Part shown: piece after piece, positions 19,799-28,123 of the stretch | Layout of the letters: each line of letters opens with the position of its first letter | Position numbering within the stretch: position 1 is the stretch's first letter | IMG/VR virus record: IMGVR_UViG_3300037721_000035 | Span: 1 to 57,967 of that record | Strand: one strand, 5' to 3' | From: a virus | Taxonomy: Duplodnaviria; Caudoviricetes | DNA: 57,967 nt | The notes under the pieces: model-generated | The model's database searches: none | The model's input: only the letters and a program-made list of their open reading frames with translations | Told to the model about the DNA's origin: nothing | Program-made: the position numbers and the translations under genes

Positions 19799-20111
19799 TC
19801 AGGTGGTTATTGAGTTTAAAAAATTAAACATCGATACACCTAAATCAGAATCCCAACCCGTAAGGTGGAAAATAGTCGGTGATTCAATTGGAACTACCGA
19901 AGAAATAAGCGGGAACGTTGTGTGTGAAGCGCCGAAACATTGGAAAGATAGCATGGAACATTGGGAAAAGAATGCGAAACAGATTGTTTTAGTTCCGGAA
20001 ATGATTAAGGTTTTAAAATTAGTTTATTCCGAAACCTACCATTTACATTATTTGGAACCTATGCGTGAAAAAATAGAGGATATTTTTAAAAGAGCGGGCG
20101 TTACTATGTAA
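19773..20111 (+). CDS. Hypothetical protein
   Basis: ORF with NAKQIVLVPEM motif similar to common phage proteins. Confidence 0.55.
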   Translation: MEKIIELLSQVVIEFKKLNIDTPKSESQPVRWKIVGDSIGTTEEISGNVVCEAPKHWKDSMEHWEKNAKQIVLVPEMIKVLKLVYSETYHLHYLEPMREKIEDIFKRAGVTM

Positions 20112-20155
20112 TTAGAAAAACCCGCTTACCTCTACCACTTTTTAAAACTTACCTT

Positions 20156-20308
20156 ATGATAATAATTTATATCTTAATTGCCGTATTTGTAGTACTGGTT
20201 ATTCTGTTAATAATTTTCGTAAAAAGAATATGGTTTAGAAACGATGATCCGCATATTGGCGATATTGATTACAGATACACAGAAAGACCATTTATAAATA
20301 AAAAATAA
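20156..20308 (+). CDS. 50-aa single-TM peptide
   Basis: Hand-read ORF MIIIYILIAVFVVLVILLIIFVKR... Confidence 0.5.
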   Translation: MIIIYILIAVFVVLVILLIIFVKRIWFRNDDPHIGDIDYRYTERPFINKK

Positions 20309-20314
20309 AATGGT

Positions 20315-20686
20315 ATGGAAAACAGATCAAGACATTTCTTAAGTTACATCATTGCTATAATCGCTGCCGTATCTTTATTATTTGCGATAAGCGTTTTACT
20401 TTGTTCCTGCAATGGTGATTACGGTTCAGGCCATGAATTGAGATGGACAACCGATAGAACAGATAGCGCGGTATACGTGCGTTATAAAGATGACGCGGGA
20501 ACCTACCACGCTTTCTTTATGAACTCCCGGCTTTTCGATAGCCTGTATAACGCGGGTGGGTATAGAGAAGTTTACGGCTATCCTGGTCCACGGTTAGTGC
20601 AAAGAACCCCGCGACATTATTCTAATTACAAAATGATGGATAGTGTAAATCCCTACATTCGGTATAAAACAAATTCTTTAAAATAG
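20315..20686 (+). CDS. Putative lipoprotein
   Basis: Hydrophobic N-terminus ending LLCS-C. Confidence 0.55.
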   Translation: MENRSRHFLSYIIAIIAAVSLLFAISVLLCSCNGDYGSGHELRWTTDRTDSAVYVRYKDDAGTYHAFFMNSRLFDSLYNAGGYREVYGYPGPRLVQRTPRHYSNYKMMDSVNPYIRYKTNSLK

Positions 20687-20700
20687 CTAATCAAGCAGAA

Positions 20701-20768
20701 GGTGAAATGTTTCTACATTTTACCAGTTTTTTAATCATAACCCAGCGCTACGTTTCTACGTTGGCGCT
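20701..20768 (+). terminator. Two tandem hairpins with TTCT loops (first is terminator-like)
   Basis: GGTGAAATGT-ttct-ACATTTTACC plus T6; AGCGCTACGT-ttct-ACGTTGGCGCT. Confidence 0.55.
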
Positions 20769-20810
20769 CTACTTTTAAAACAAACTTTTTAAATTAATAA
20801 ACTACCACTC

Positions 20811-21767
20811 ATGAAACATTTGCTTTTGTTACTGTTGCTGCCTTGTGTTTGTATTGCTCAAATACCGGACCCCAAACCAGGGACTTACGTAAACGATTTT
20901 ACGCGGTTGTTGGATAAGGCTGAAATTGATCGTATCAATATAGCCATAAACGAGGTAGAGAAAAAGTATAGTGTACAAATCGCCGTAGTGCTTTTAAACG
21001 ACCTCCCGGCTAATTACAACATAGAAGATTACGCACGGGAAGTAGGGCGCAAATGGCACGTAGGTAACGCCAGGAACGGGTTAGTGTATGTTGCTGCCAT
21101 CAAGCAACGTAAACAGCGATTGGAAGTATCCGCAAATTTAGAAGGCAGTATACCGGACATTACTGCTAAACGGCTTACTGATAATGTGAAACCTTTCTTC
21201 CGTAACCAGGCTTATGGATCAGGTATTATGAATTTAATCAAAGAGATCAACACGGTCTTAGATCCGGTTAAAGAGGAACAACAGCAATTAGGTGCGCAGG
21301 AACTTAGTAAAAAACAGGAGTCGAATATTTTAATAGTTGCTGGTTTGGTGCTGTGTGTATTAGGGGTAATTGCCGGGGTAGCCTTTTTTATGGAAAGGAG
21401 AAGACGCAGACAAGAAAAACAGTTAGAAGAAATAAGAAATAAACACCGCGCCGAAGAAAGGGAAATCGCTAAAGCTTACCGGGAAAAATTATATGCCGAA
21501 CGACTCAAAGACGAAAAGTTATCTAAGTTGCGGCAAGCGTATAGCGCCCCGTCAAAAATAAACGAAAACAAAAAGGAACAAAAAAATAAGGAAGAAGATA
21601 ATTATACCCCACCTATAATCCCGATACCAGACGTAACGCCCACTTATAAAAGTCCTAAATCGGATGACAACAGTAGCGACTATGGTAATTGGGGCGGGGG
21701 TTCAAGCGATACAACTAGTTCGTCAGATTCGGGATTCAGTGGCGGCGGCTCATCGAATGATTGGTAA
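20811..21767 (+). CDS. TPM-domain (YgcG-like) membrane protein
   Basis: Signal peptide, YVNDF..LL, QIAVV, W.VG...NGL, LEG.IPD, TM helix, Gly/Ser-rich tail ending SGGGSSNDW. Confidence 0.85.
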   Translation: MKHLLLLLLLPCVCIAQIPDPKPGTYVNDFTRLLDKAEIDRINIAINEVEKKYSVQIAVVLLNDLPANYNIEDYAREVGRKWHVGNARNGLVYVAAIKQRKQRLEVSANLEGSIPDITAKRLTDNVKPFFRNQAYGSGIMNLIKEINTVLDPVKEEQQQLGAQELSKKQESNILIVAGLVLCVLGVIAGVAFFMERRRRRQEKQLEEIRNKHRAEEREIAKAYREKLYAERLKDEKLSKLRQAYSAPSKINENKKEQKNKEEDNYTPPIIPIPDVTPTYKSPKSDDNSSDYGNWGGGSSDTTSSSDSGFSGGGSSNDW

Positions 21768-21770
21768 ACT

Positions 21771-21926
21771 ATGAAAATACCAAAAATATATTGGGTTGTT
21801 ATCGGGCGGGGATATTTAAAATTGATTCACATTCACACCGGTTTCAATGATAGGTGTCTAATTTGGTATTGCCACGGAAAAATAATGGATGTACTATTTA
21901 TAAAAATAACTGTATGCAAAAAATAA
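21771..21926 (+). CDS. 51-aa hypothetical protein
   Basis: Hand-read ORF filling the gap between two genes. Confidence 0.4.
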   Translation: MKIPKIYWVVIGRGYLKLIHIHTGFNDRCLIWYCHGKIMDVLFIKITVCKK

Positions 21927-22507
21927 TCTCTCTTTTTCAACGTAATTACGAGGGTGATCGACTGGTCAGAGATGAAGTAACATTCGGTGCTGACTGGGTT
22001 ATATATGGCGAAGGCGTTGCAACTCGTAAATGGGACGGACTAGCTTTGATGTATAAAGAAGGTATGTGGTACAAAAGATATGATGCAAAAGCGTTTACGG
22101 TGGACGGTGATAAGAAACGAAATTATAATCGAAAGCCGCCTGAAGATTTTATACCGGTACAAGATCCTGACCCCGTTACCGGTCATTGGCCTGGATGGGT
22201 ACCATGTGATAGAAATAACCCGGCTAATATGTTAATTATTCTGACTATTGATTTAGCAAGTCAGGTATTTTTGCCGGGTACATACGAGTTAGTAGGTCCG
22301 AAAGTAGGAACCAGGGGCGGCAGTAACCCCGAAAAATTAGATGAACATTTACTCATAAAGCACGGTGAACATGTGCTGGATGCCCCACGAACCTTTGATG
22401 AATTAAAGACGTGGTTTGCTGATAAAGATATTGAGGGTATCGTGTGGCATCATCCGGACGGACGAATGGTAAAGATCAAGAAAAAAGATTTTGGTTACAA
22501 AAGGTAA
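21914..22507 (+). CDS. RNA-ligase-like nucleotidyltransferase (DUF5565/RLIG1-like)
   Basis: ATRKWDG (motif I KxDG), GTYELVGPKV, IEGIVW, MVKIK. Confidence 0.7.
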   Translation: MQKIISLFQRNYEGDRLVRDEVTFGADWVIYGEGVATRKWDGLALMYKEGMWYKRYDAKAFTVDGDKKRNYNRKPPEDFIPVQDPDPVTGHWPGWVPCDRNNPANMLIILTIDLASQVFLPGTYELVGPKVGTRGGSNPEKLDEHLLIKHGEHVLDAPRTFDELKTWFADKDIEGIVWHHPDGRMVKIKKKDFGYKR

Positions 22508-22517
22508 AAAATAAATT

Positions 22518-22859
22518 ATGAAATTACTTGTGTTCGTGTTTTTGCTTATGGGTTTAAACGTTAGTGGTCAGGTTAATACCGATAGCCTATTTCATTCGGG
22601 CGGCGCGTTGCCTACCGATTCACTATCAAAGTATGCAACTGGATTCGTTAACATGATGCCTTATAACGACGTAATTGATACGGTTAAAGTAGTGTTTCTT
22701 ATTACCCATTCAACGTGTCGTAAAGGCATAGCACATGCGGAGAAAGGGTATCTTATTAGAAATACTAGATCCGGAATTTGTATCGTAACTTTTTTAAATC
22801 GTAAGAAAAAACCCTTTGATGAAGAATCAATAATTTGGGATTATAAATATAAACCATGA
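22518..22859 (+). CDS. Exported hypothetical protein
   Basis: Signal peptide ...VSG|Q. Confidence 0.6.
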   Translation: MKLLVFVFLLMGLNVSGQVNTDSLFHSGGALPTDSLSKYATGFVNMMPYNDVIDTVKVVFLITHSTCRKGIAHAEKGYLIRNTRSGICIVTFLNRKKKPFDEESIIWDYKYKP

Positions 22860-23194
22860 AACTGTTATTACTACTATTGCTGCCAATAACCTCATTTTGC
22901 CAGACAAAACAACATCAGTGCCGAATAGCCGCTACCGTAACGAGGGGTTATTCTGAAAGCACGTTTGAAAGAAACGAGCCTTTCACACGGCATGAGTTTA
23001 CTATTGAATATAATAGAATTAAGCAGAGTAAACATCCGTTATTTGTCGAGGTTGACAGTACGGTAATTTATTTCTACGCCCACACGTACAAGGACACGGT
23101 AGTGATCGATCCCAGTGGACTTGATAGCCTGGTTATAAAAAGCAAGTATATAAAGATATCAGGAATGCTATTTAAAAAGGAGGATAAACAATGA
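22856..23194 (+). CDS. Exported hypothetical protein
   Basis: Signal peptide ...SFC|Q. Confidence 0.6.
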   Translation: MKLLLLLLLPITSFCQTKQHQCRIAATVTRGYSESTFERNEPFTRHEFTIEYNRIKQSKHPLFVEVDSTVIYFYAHTYKDTVVIDPSGLDSLVIKSKYIKISGMLFKKEDKQ

Positions 23195-23571
23195 CAACGC
23201 AAGAATTATTAGTTCCCCGCTACAAGTGCCTAGCGCCGGTTTTATTTAATCAAGATAATTTATATAATGTAGGAGATGTATTTACCGATGATGGCAAGAC
23301 TGTACGTAACCAGCACGGTGATGCGGTATATCAAGTTGAATGGGGTAGATACCCGCACCTGTTCGAATCTCTCCCCTGGTGGAAAGACAGGAAGCCGGAG
23401 GATATGCCGGAGTATGTTAAATTTCGTGATAAATTTTATAAAGTATCAACGCCTTTAACAATTGTCGATGAATGGATATTTGTTGAAGATAAAAAAGAAG
23501 TTCCGTTAAGGAAATCCGCTCCCGTTACCAAAGAAGAATACGAATTATTTAGTCAAACCCCATTAAAATAA
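23191..23571 (+). CDS. Hypothetical protein
   Basis: YPHLF..L.WW..R..EDMPEYVK motif; coupled ORF. Confidence 0.6.
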   Translation: MTTQELLVPRYKCLAPVLFNQDNLYNVGDVFTDDGKTVRNQHGDAVYQVEWGRYPHLFESLPWWKDRKPEDMPEYVKFRDKFYKVSTPLTIVDEWIFVEDKKEVPLRKSAPVTKEEYELFSQTPLK

Positions 23572-23572
23572 A

Positions 23573-23615
23573 GTTACCCAAAATTTGGTAAATTGAATAT
23601 TAAGGTATAGTTTTA
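23573..23615 (+). promoter_or_regulatory. Operator-promoter repeat
   Basis: GTTACCCAAAATTTGGTAAA overlapping TTTG-N20-TAGTTTTA. Confidence 0.7.
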
Positions 23616-23636
23616 CTATACCTTAAATTTTTATAT

Positions 23637-23776
23637 ATGGGTTGGGATACATATTAGTTCGGGCCGCAGATTGGCGGGTATTTTATGATAAGGAAAACGC
23701 ATGGGCGTATTGGTCGGCCCGTAAATTTTTAGAAACGTGTGCAGAATTAAATTTATCAATTACTTTTAGCTGGTAA
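23637..23776 (+). pseudogene. Possible gene remnant
   Basis: ATG frame MGWDTY stops at once; a second frame carries ...ARKFLETCAELNLSITFSW. Confidence 0.3.
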
Positions 23777-23786
23777 AATTACTATT

Positions 23787-24155
23787 ATGAAAATCAATAA
23801 AAAACAATTACTCGAATGGATCAACGCGTTATACAGCGGGGAGTATAAGCAGATAAAGGCGCGGTTAAACAACGCCCAATCACCTAACCACAAAGCCGGG
23901 TATTGCTGTTTAGGTGTTGGCTGTAAATTGTTCATCCCTGAAGATAAATTACATTTTGATAGTTTGGGTCGAATATTGGGTATCCTTCCGGCCGATCAAA
24001 TGTATGCCCCCGCATGGTTGAAAAAAATAAATTATGATTTCAACATGCGTACAGGTACAGCGTTAATTGAATTGAATGATGGTGATGATCAATACACTTT
24101 CGAAGAAATAGGTATGCTTTTACAACTTGTTTACGTTCATAAAATGTTAGATTGA
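23787..24155 (+). CDS. Hypothetical protein, tandem paralog A (W..AL.SGEY.Q...CCLGV family)
   Basis: Paralogous to the next gene. Confidence 0.7.
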   Translation: MKINKKQLLEWINALYSGEYKQIKARLNNAQSPNHKAGYCCLGVGCKLFIPEDKLHFDSLGRILGILPADQMYAPAWLKKINYDFNMRTGTALIELNDGDDQYTFEEIGMLLQLVYVHKMLD

Positions 24156-24156
24156 T

Positions 24157-24516
24157 ATGAAAATCAATAAAAAACAAATGCTCGAATGGATCAACGCGTT
24201 ATACAGCGGGGAGTATACACAGGCCAAAAACTTTCTACAAGATTGTGATGGTGCTGGTTATTGTTGTTTGGGTGTTGGTTGTATATTATTCATTCCTAAG
24301 GAAAAATTGAATATCGATGAAGATGGTATCTTGATTGGCAGTGTACCTACCAAAAGAAATCAACCTTTTGTGCCTGAATGGTTAAGTGGAATTGCTAACG
24401 ATTTCCAAAGGGAAACCGGAACTTGTTTAACTAGTTTAAACGATAGCGGTAATTATTCATTCGAAGAAATAGGAATGCTTTTGCAACTTGTTTACGTTCA
24501 TAAAATGTTAGACTGA
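24157..24516 (+). CDS. Hypothetical protein, tandem paralog B
   Basis: 5' and 3' ends near-identical to paralog A. Confidence 0.7.
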   Translation: MKINKKQMLEWINALYSGEYTQAKNFLQDCDGAGYCCLGVGCILFIPKEKLNIDEDGILIGSVPTKRNQPFVPEWLSGIANDFQRETGTCLTSLNDSGNYSFEEIGMLLQLVYVHKMLD

Positions 24517-24517
24517 T

Positions 24518-24736
24518 ATGAAAGCGTCAAAACAACAACTATTAAACGATCTGGATATCCAACCCTTTGAACCCGATGAAACCTATATCTCGTTGTTACA
24601 GATTTATTCTAATCTGTCTAAAGCTGGTGTGAAGAACGAACAGTACCGAAGGGTACGCAGGCAATTAACGGCGTTTGAAAAAGAATTATCGTCTTTTGAA
24701 ATAATTCAAAATAGTAAATTGGCTTTTAAAAATTAA
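24518..24736 (+). CDS. Hypothetical protein
   Basis: Tightly packed ORF. Confidence 0.55.
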   Translation: MKASKQQLLNDLDIQPFEPDETYISLLQIYSNLSKAGVKNEQYRRVRRQLTAFEKELSSFEIIQNSKLAFKN

Positions 24737-24740
24737 AGCT

Positions 24741-24947
24741 ATGAGCAGGAAACCGGGTAACTATGTTGAATATACTATTTTTGGACTTAGGAAATTGGGT
24801 CGAACATATAACAGTGAGGAACCGATTAACGGTAAAACAATTGTTCACCTAGTAGATAATAATTTACACCCGATTTTAGTGGATGGGAAGCAGGTTAAAC
24901 GGTTAGTAAGTCCCGAAAATTTGAAAGTGATCGGGTTTGCCGATTAA
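24741..24947 (+). CDS. Hypothetical protein
   Basis: Tightly packed ORF. Confidence 0.55.
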   Translation: MSRKPGNYVEYTIFGLRKLGRTYNSEEPINGKTIVHLVDNNLHPILVDGKQVKRLVSPENLKVIGFAD

Positions 24948-25278
24948 AAATATGGTAAGCAGTAATTACGCAGGGGCAGGTAACCTGTTTATAACTGTAC
25001 ATAAACATCAAATTTACGTACCTCCTATTGTTTTTAAGTACCTGCAACTGGTAGCCGGATTGCGGTATCAAATAGATAAAATCGAGGATGATTATTTTGC
25101 GCTATACCTTAAGTACGATGGGAATATGGTGTTGAAAAAGAAACCCGATAAAAGCGAATTTTATTTTGTAGCTCATAAACTATCAAGTAAGCCCTATCTT
25201 AGATTAGGCAGGTACCAATACCAGTTAGTAAACAAAAAAGATCATTTTATTTTTAAATTCGATTACACATGGATTTAG
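24937..25278 (+). CDS. Hypothetical protein
   Basis: Tightly packed ORF. Confidence 0.5.
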   Translation: MPIKNMVSSNYAGAGNLFITVHKHQIYVPPIVFKYLQLVAGLRYQIDKIEDDYFALYLKYDGNMVLKKKPDKSEFYFVAHKLSSKPYLRLGRYQYQLVNKKDHFIFKFDYTWI

Positions 25279-26000
25279 AACAAAGGCAACAGTTAGCCGC
25301 TCAATTACGTAAAGGTAATTACGTGTATTATGAAAAACCGGTGCACGTATCGTTAGGTGAATTATTTACCGAATTACCGGGGGCGGTCAAACTATCTACT
25401 TACGGAATACATCTGGTAGAGTGTGACGCGCAAACTATTGTTCACCCAATCCTACTTACACATGCGTTATTATCTGATTTTGGTTTTACCAGGAATAAAA
25501 GAAAAGAAAGTATACTTGTTATAAAAATACCGCCTATAGGTGTTCTAAATATTACACAAATTTTTGTTGATACATGGCGATTAAGTTTTTGTTATTCCAG
25601 AACCACCGCTCCAATACGTTATAACATTAAATATCTCCATCAATTGCAAAATTACTTTTACTTTTTATCAGGTGGTCACGAATTGGAATTTAAAAAGCCT
25701 GAAGAAACAAAAAACACCTGTGAAGACACCCCGAAAAATATAACAGCAAATCCTGATTATTCTTTTACATTTCAAACCGATAACGAAACGGCTGCTTTCT
25801 TAAAAGAATTTAGCGCTGGTAAATCATTCGTAATACAAAACATACATGCGTTCCATGCAATATTAAAATTATTGTGGGAAAGAGGGTACCGACCTTTTAC
25901 TAACGGTATGTCCCGTGAAAGTACCGGCTGTTTATTTAGTTGGGAAGTTATAGCTAACTATGAAGATGTGTTACGGTTTCAATTACATTGGCCCGAATAA
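25269..26000 (+). CDS. Hypothetical protein with HQLQN..F..G.EL domain (paralog of 40428)
   Basis: PILLT..LL..FGF and YLHQLQNYFYFLSGGHEL. Confidence 0.6.
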   Translation: MDLEQRQQLAAQLRKGNYVYYEKPVHVSLGELFTELPGAVKLSTYGIHLVECDAQTIVHPILLTHALLSDFGFTRNKRKESILVIKIPPIGVLNITQIFVDTWRLSFCYSRTTAPIRYNIKYLHQLQNYFYFLSGGHELEFKKPEETKNTCEDTPKNITANPDYSFTFQTDNETAAFLKEFSAGKSFVIQNIHAFHAILKLLWERGYRPFTNGMSRESTGCLFSWEVIANYEDVLRFQLHWPE

Positions 26001-26013
26001 TTAAAAATAAATT

Positions 26014-26337
26014 ATGAAAATAATATTTTACAGCGGCGTACAATTGGAAGCTAAGGAGATTAATTTTACCCCTAACAGTGGGGCGTGTATCTCGTTATTT
26101 GATGGTGGGGTGTCCATTGTTCGTGAATTATATACCATTAAAGAAATCGTTACCCCAAAAAACGAATACGTGTTAACACCTTTACAGTGCGCATTAAAGG
26201 ATTGTTTAGAAAAAATGGGCTACCGATACGACCGTGATCATTCGTTGGCCGTTTGCGCAGTTATATTTAGACACCCCGTGAGTAATGATTTTTGGGCATT
26301 TGGGTTGGGTGGCGGGATAATGCATAACCCTGAGTAA
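26014..26337 (+). CDS. Hypothetical protein
   Basis: ORF with A-rich leader. Confidence 0.55.
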   Translation: MKIIFYSGVQLEAKEINFTPNSGACISLFDGGVSIVRELYTIKEIVTPKNEYVLTPLQCALKDCLEKMGYRYDRDHSLAVCAVIFRHPVSNDFWAFGLGGGIMHNPE

Positions 26338-26369
26338 TTAAAAACATTTTTAACACTTAAAAATAAATT

Positions 26370-27092
26370 ATGAAAACAACTGTTGATTTAGAAAAAGTTT
26401 TACGCAGGCAACATAGTTTAGCCATAACCGATAAAGGGTTGTTGGCTATTGAACAGTTTGACCGGCTGCATGAAGCGTCTGCATTGGCAATACTTGAAAG
26501 GTCTGGTTTTAAAGGTACTTATGAGGAAGGGCAGGAACTTAAAAATAAAATGGAATCATATAACGTGATGGTAGCAAAATATCCTCCTGATAAAATCTTC
26601 CATATCACACAGATCAAAGCGATTGCTGAAAAATACAGATTAAAATTCCTACCTACTAAATACTACAAAGGTAGTGTACCGTCTGAATTGGGTCAGGTGT
26701 TGTGTGATCATGAGGTAAAATACGGGTTAAAAATATCTAGCGAAACTAGTTACATCATGGCCCCGTCTTCCTCCTTCAATTTAGAAGCCAAACCAAAAGA
26801 CCCGTTACTCTTTCACCAATTAAACGATGACTATTATCTGCTTATGCATAAATGGGGTAACGATCTTAGTGTGTTCCGAAGCCTGATAAAGTATGAAATA
26901 TTTATTACTGCCATTGGCTTCGCCTTATTGACTTACATAGTAACCCTGTGCTTAACAATGAACGCTCCTGCTACTGAATCAACTGGTCGATCAATTACTG
27001 CAATGGTTTTATCGGGGTTGGCTGCTTTCTTTGTTATAATATTTGGGGTTGATGTGGTACGATTCCGCTACAACAGTCCGGTAGAAGATTAA
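26370..27092 (+). CDS. Hypothetical membrane protein (2 C-terminal TM)
   Basis: KDPLLF..L....Y.L.HKWGND motif followed by hydrophobic helices. Confidence 0.65.
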   Translation: MKTTVDLEKVLRRQHSLAITDKGLLAIEQFDRLHEASALAILERSGFKGTYEEGQELKNKMESYNVMVAKYPPDKIFHITQIKAIAEKYRLKFLPTKYYKGSVPSELGQVLCDHEVKYGLKISSETSYIMAPSSSFNLEAKPKDPLLFHQLNDDYYLLMHKWGNDLSVFRSLIKYEIFITAIGFALLTYIVTLCLTMNAPATESTGRSITAMVLSGLAAFFVIIFGVDVVRFRYNSPVED

Positions 27093-27142
27093 AGGTATTT
27101 ATTACAATAAACAATTTTTATTTAATCATTAAAAAATCAACA

Positions 27143-27766
27143 ATGACAGAACAGGAGGTTACTATTTTGGAAAGAATCGCACAAGTGGGAAAAGAAATTA
27201 AAACACTACCTCATTTAGGGGACAGTGATAAACAGTTTAAAAAGAAAGCTGTTCGACTTATCAATGATCTGCAAATGCTGATATTCGCGCGGGACGGGAT
27301 GGGGGCCTATAAAAGAATCGTTGCGGGTGATATACTTAACATGGAAAAACATGTTAAAGTAACTGAACAACAGTGGGGTCGTAATGTTCCGGCGCCGTCG
27401 TTAGAAATGCCTAAATTAACCCCTGAAGAACTAAACGCTGAATGGGACAAGATTAGTGAAAAATTGGAAAAGAAAGAGGTAAAACAAGTACCAGGCCACA
27501 CACCCATATCTGCTGATGAATTCAAAAATGAATTAAAAAGGTTAGCGGGGCTTCATGAAGGCGGTGATACAGGGGTGCCGGAAGTTTCCATACCTGCCAA
27601 AAGAAAATATAAATCTAGTGCGAGAAAGCCGGTTTTCTCAGAAACAACAAACGATATACAACCGGTCCGCAAAAAATACAAACCTCGTAAGAAAAAGCCG
27701 GTAGTTGCATCAACAACTAAAATAAAACCGGTAAAACGAAAAAAGCGACAACCAAAGAAAAAATAA
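27143..27766 (+). CDS. Hypothetical protein with Lys/Arg-rich (histone-like) C-terminus
   Basis: Repeated PxKRKYK / PVRKKYK / PVKRKK segments. Confidence 0.6.
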   Translation: MTEQEVTILERIAQVGKEIKTLPHLGDSDKQFKKKAVRLINDLQMLIFARDGMGAYKRIVAGDILNMEKHVKVTEQQWGRNVPAPSLEMPKLTPEELNAEWDKISEKLEKKEVKQVPGHTPISADEFKNELKRLAGLHEGGDTGVPEVSIPAKRKYKSSARKPVFSETTNDIQPVRKKYKPRKKKPVVASTTKIKPVKRKKRQPKKK

Positions 27767-27768
27767 TC

Positions 27769-27993
27769 ATGGGTCGTAAATCAAAAGCGATTTTTACACT
27801 TACTGAACAGACACATCCGAACGATCCTGCAATTAGAGCGGCTATACGTAAAAAACTAACAAACGTTAAACTTACCTTTTATCCCACCGATCATCTGCAT
27901 GCTGGTTGGGTGCTAGAATGTGATCAGCTACCGTGGAAACATATGAAGATAAAAAGGGAAGATCTACCGCGAAAAATTAAAGCATTGCTTTAG
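27769..27993 (+). CDS. Hypothetical protein
   Basis: ORF directly after the previous gene. Confidence 0.55.
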   Translation: MGRKSKAIFTLTEQTHPNDPAIRAAIRKKLTNVKLTFYPTDHLHAGWVLECDQLPWKHMKIKREDLPRKIKALL

Positions 27994-28077
27994 GTGTGTA
28001 TAATTTACCATTAATTTAATCACTAAACAAATATTATCGTATTAGCACAGTTCGTATATTAGCAGTCCTAACAAAGC

Positions 28078-28112
28078 AAAAAAGCGCATTTGTAGATAAT
28101 GCGCTTTTTTTA
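28078..28112. terminator. Bidirectional intrinsic terminator-like hairpin
   Basis: AAAAAAGCGCATT-tgtagat-AATGCGCTTTTTT. Confidence 0.7.
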
Positions 28113-28123
28113 ATAACAGTACT

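Noticed and set aside
20701-20768. TTTCTAC words as Cas12a-type repeats
   Set aside because: Here TTCT is the hairpin loop, not the stem. The TCTAC-N-GTAGA stem and repeat-spacer periodicity are missing.
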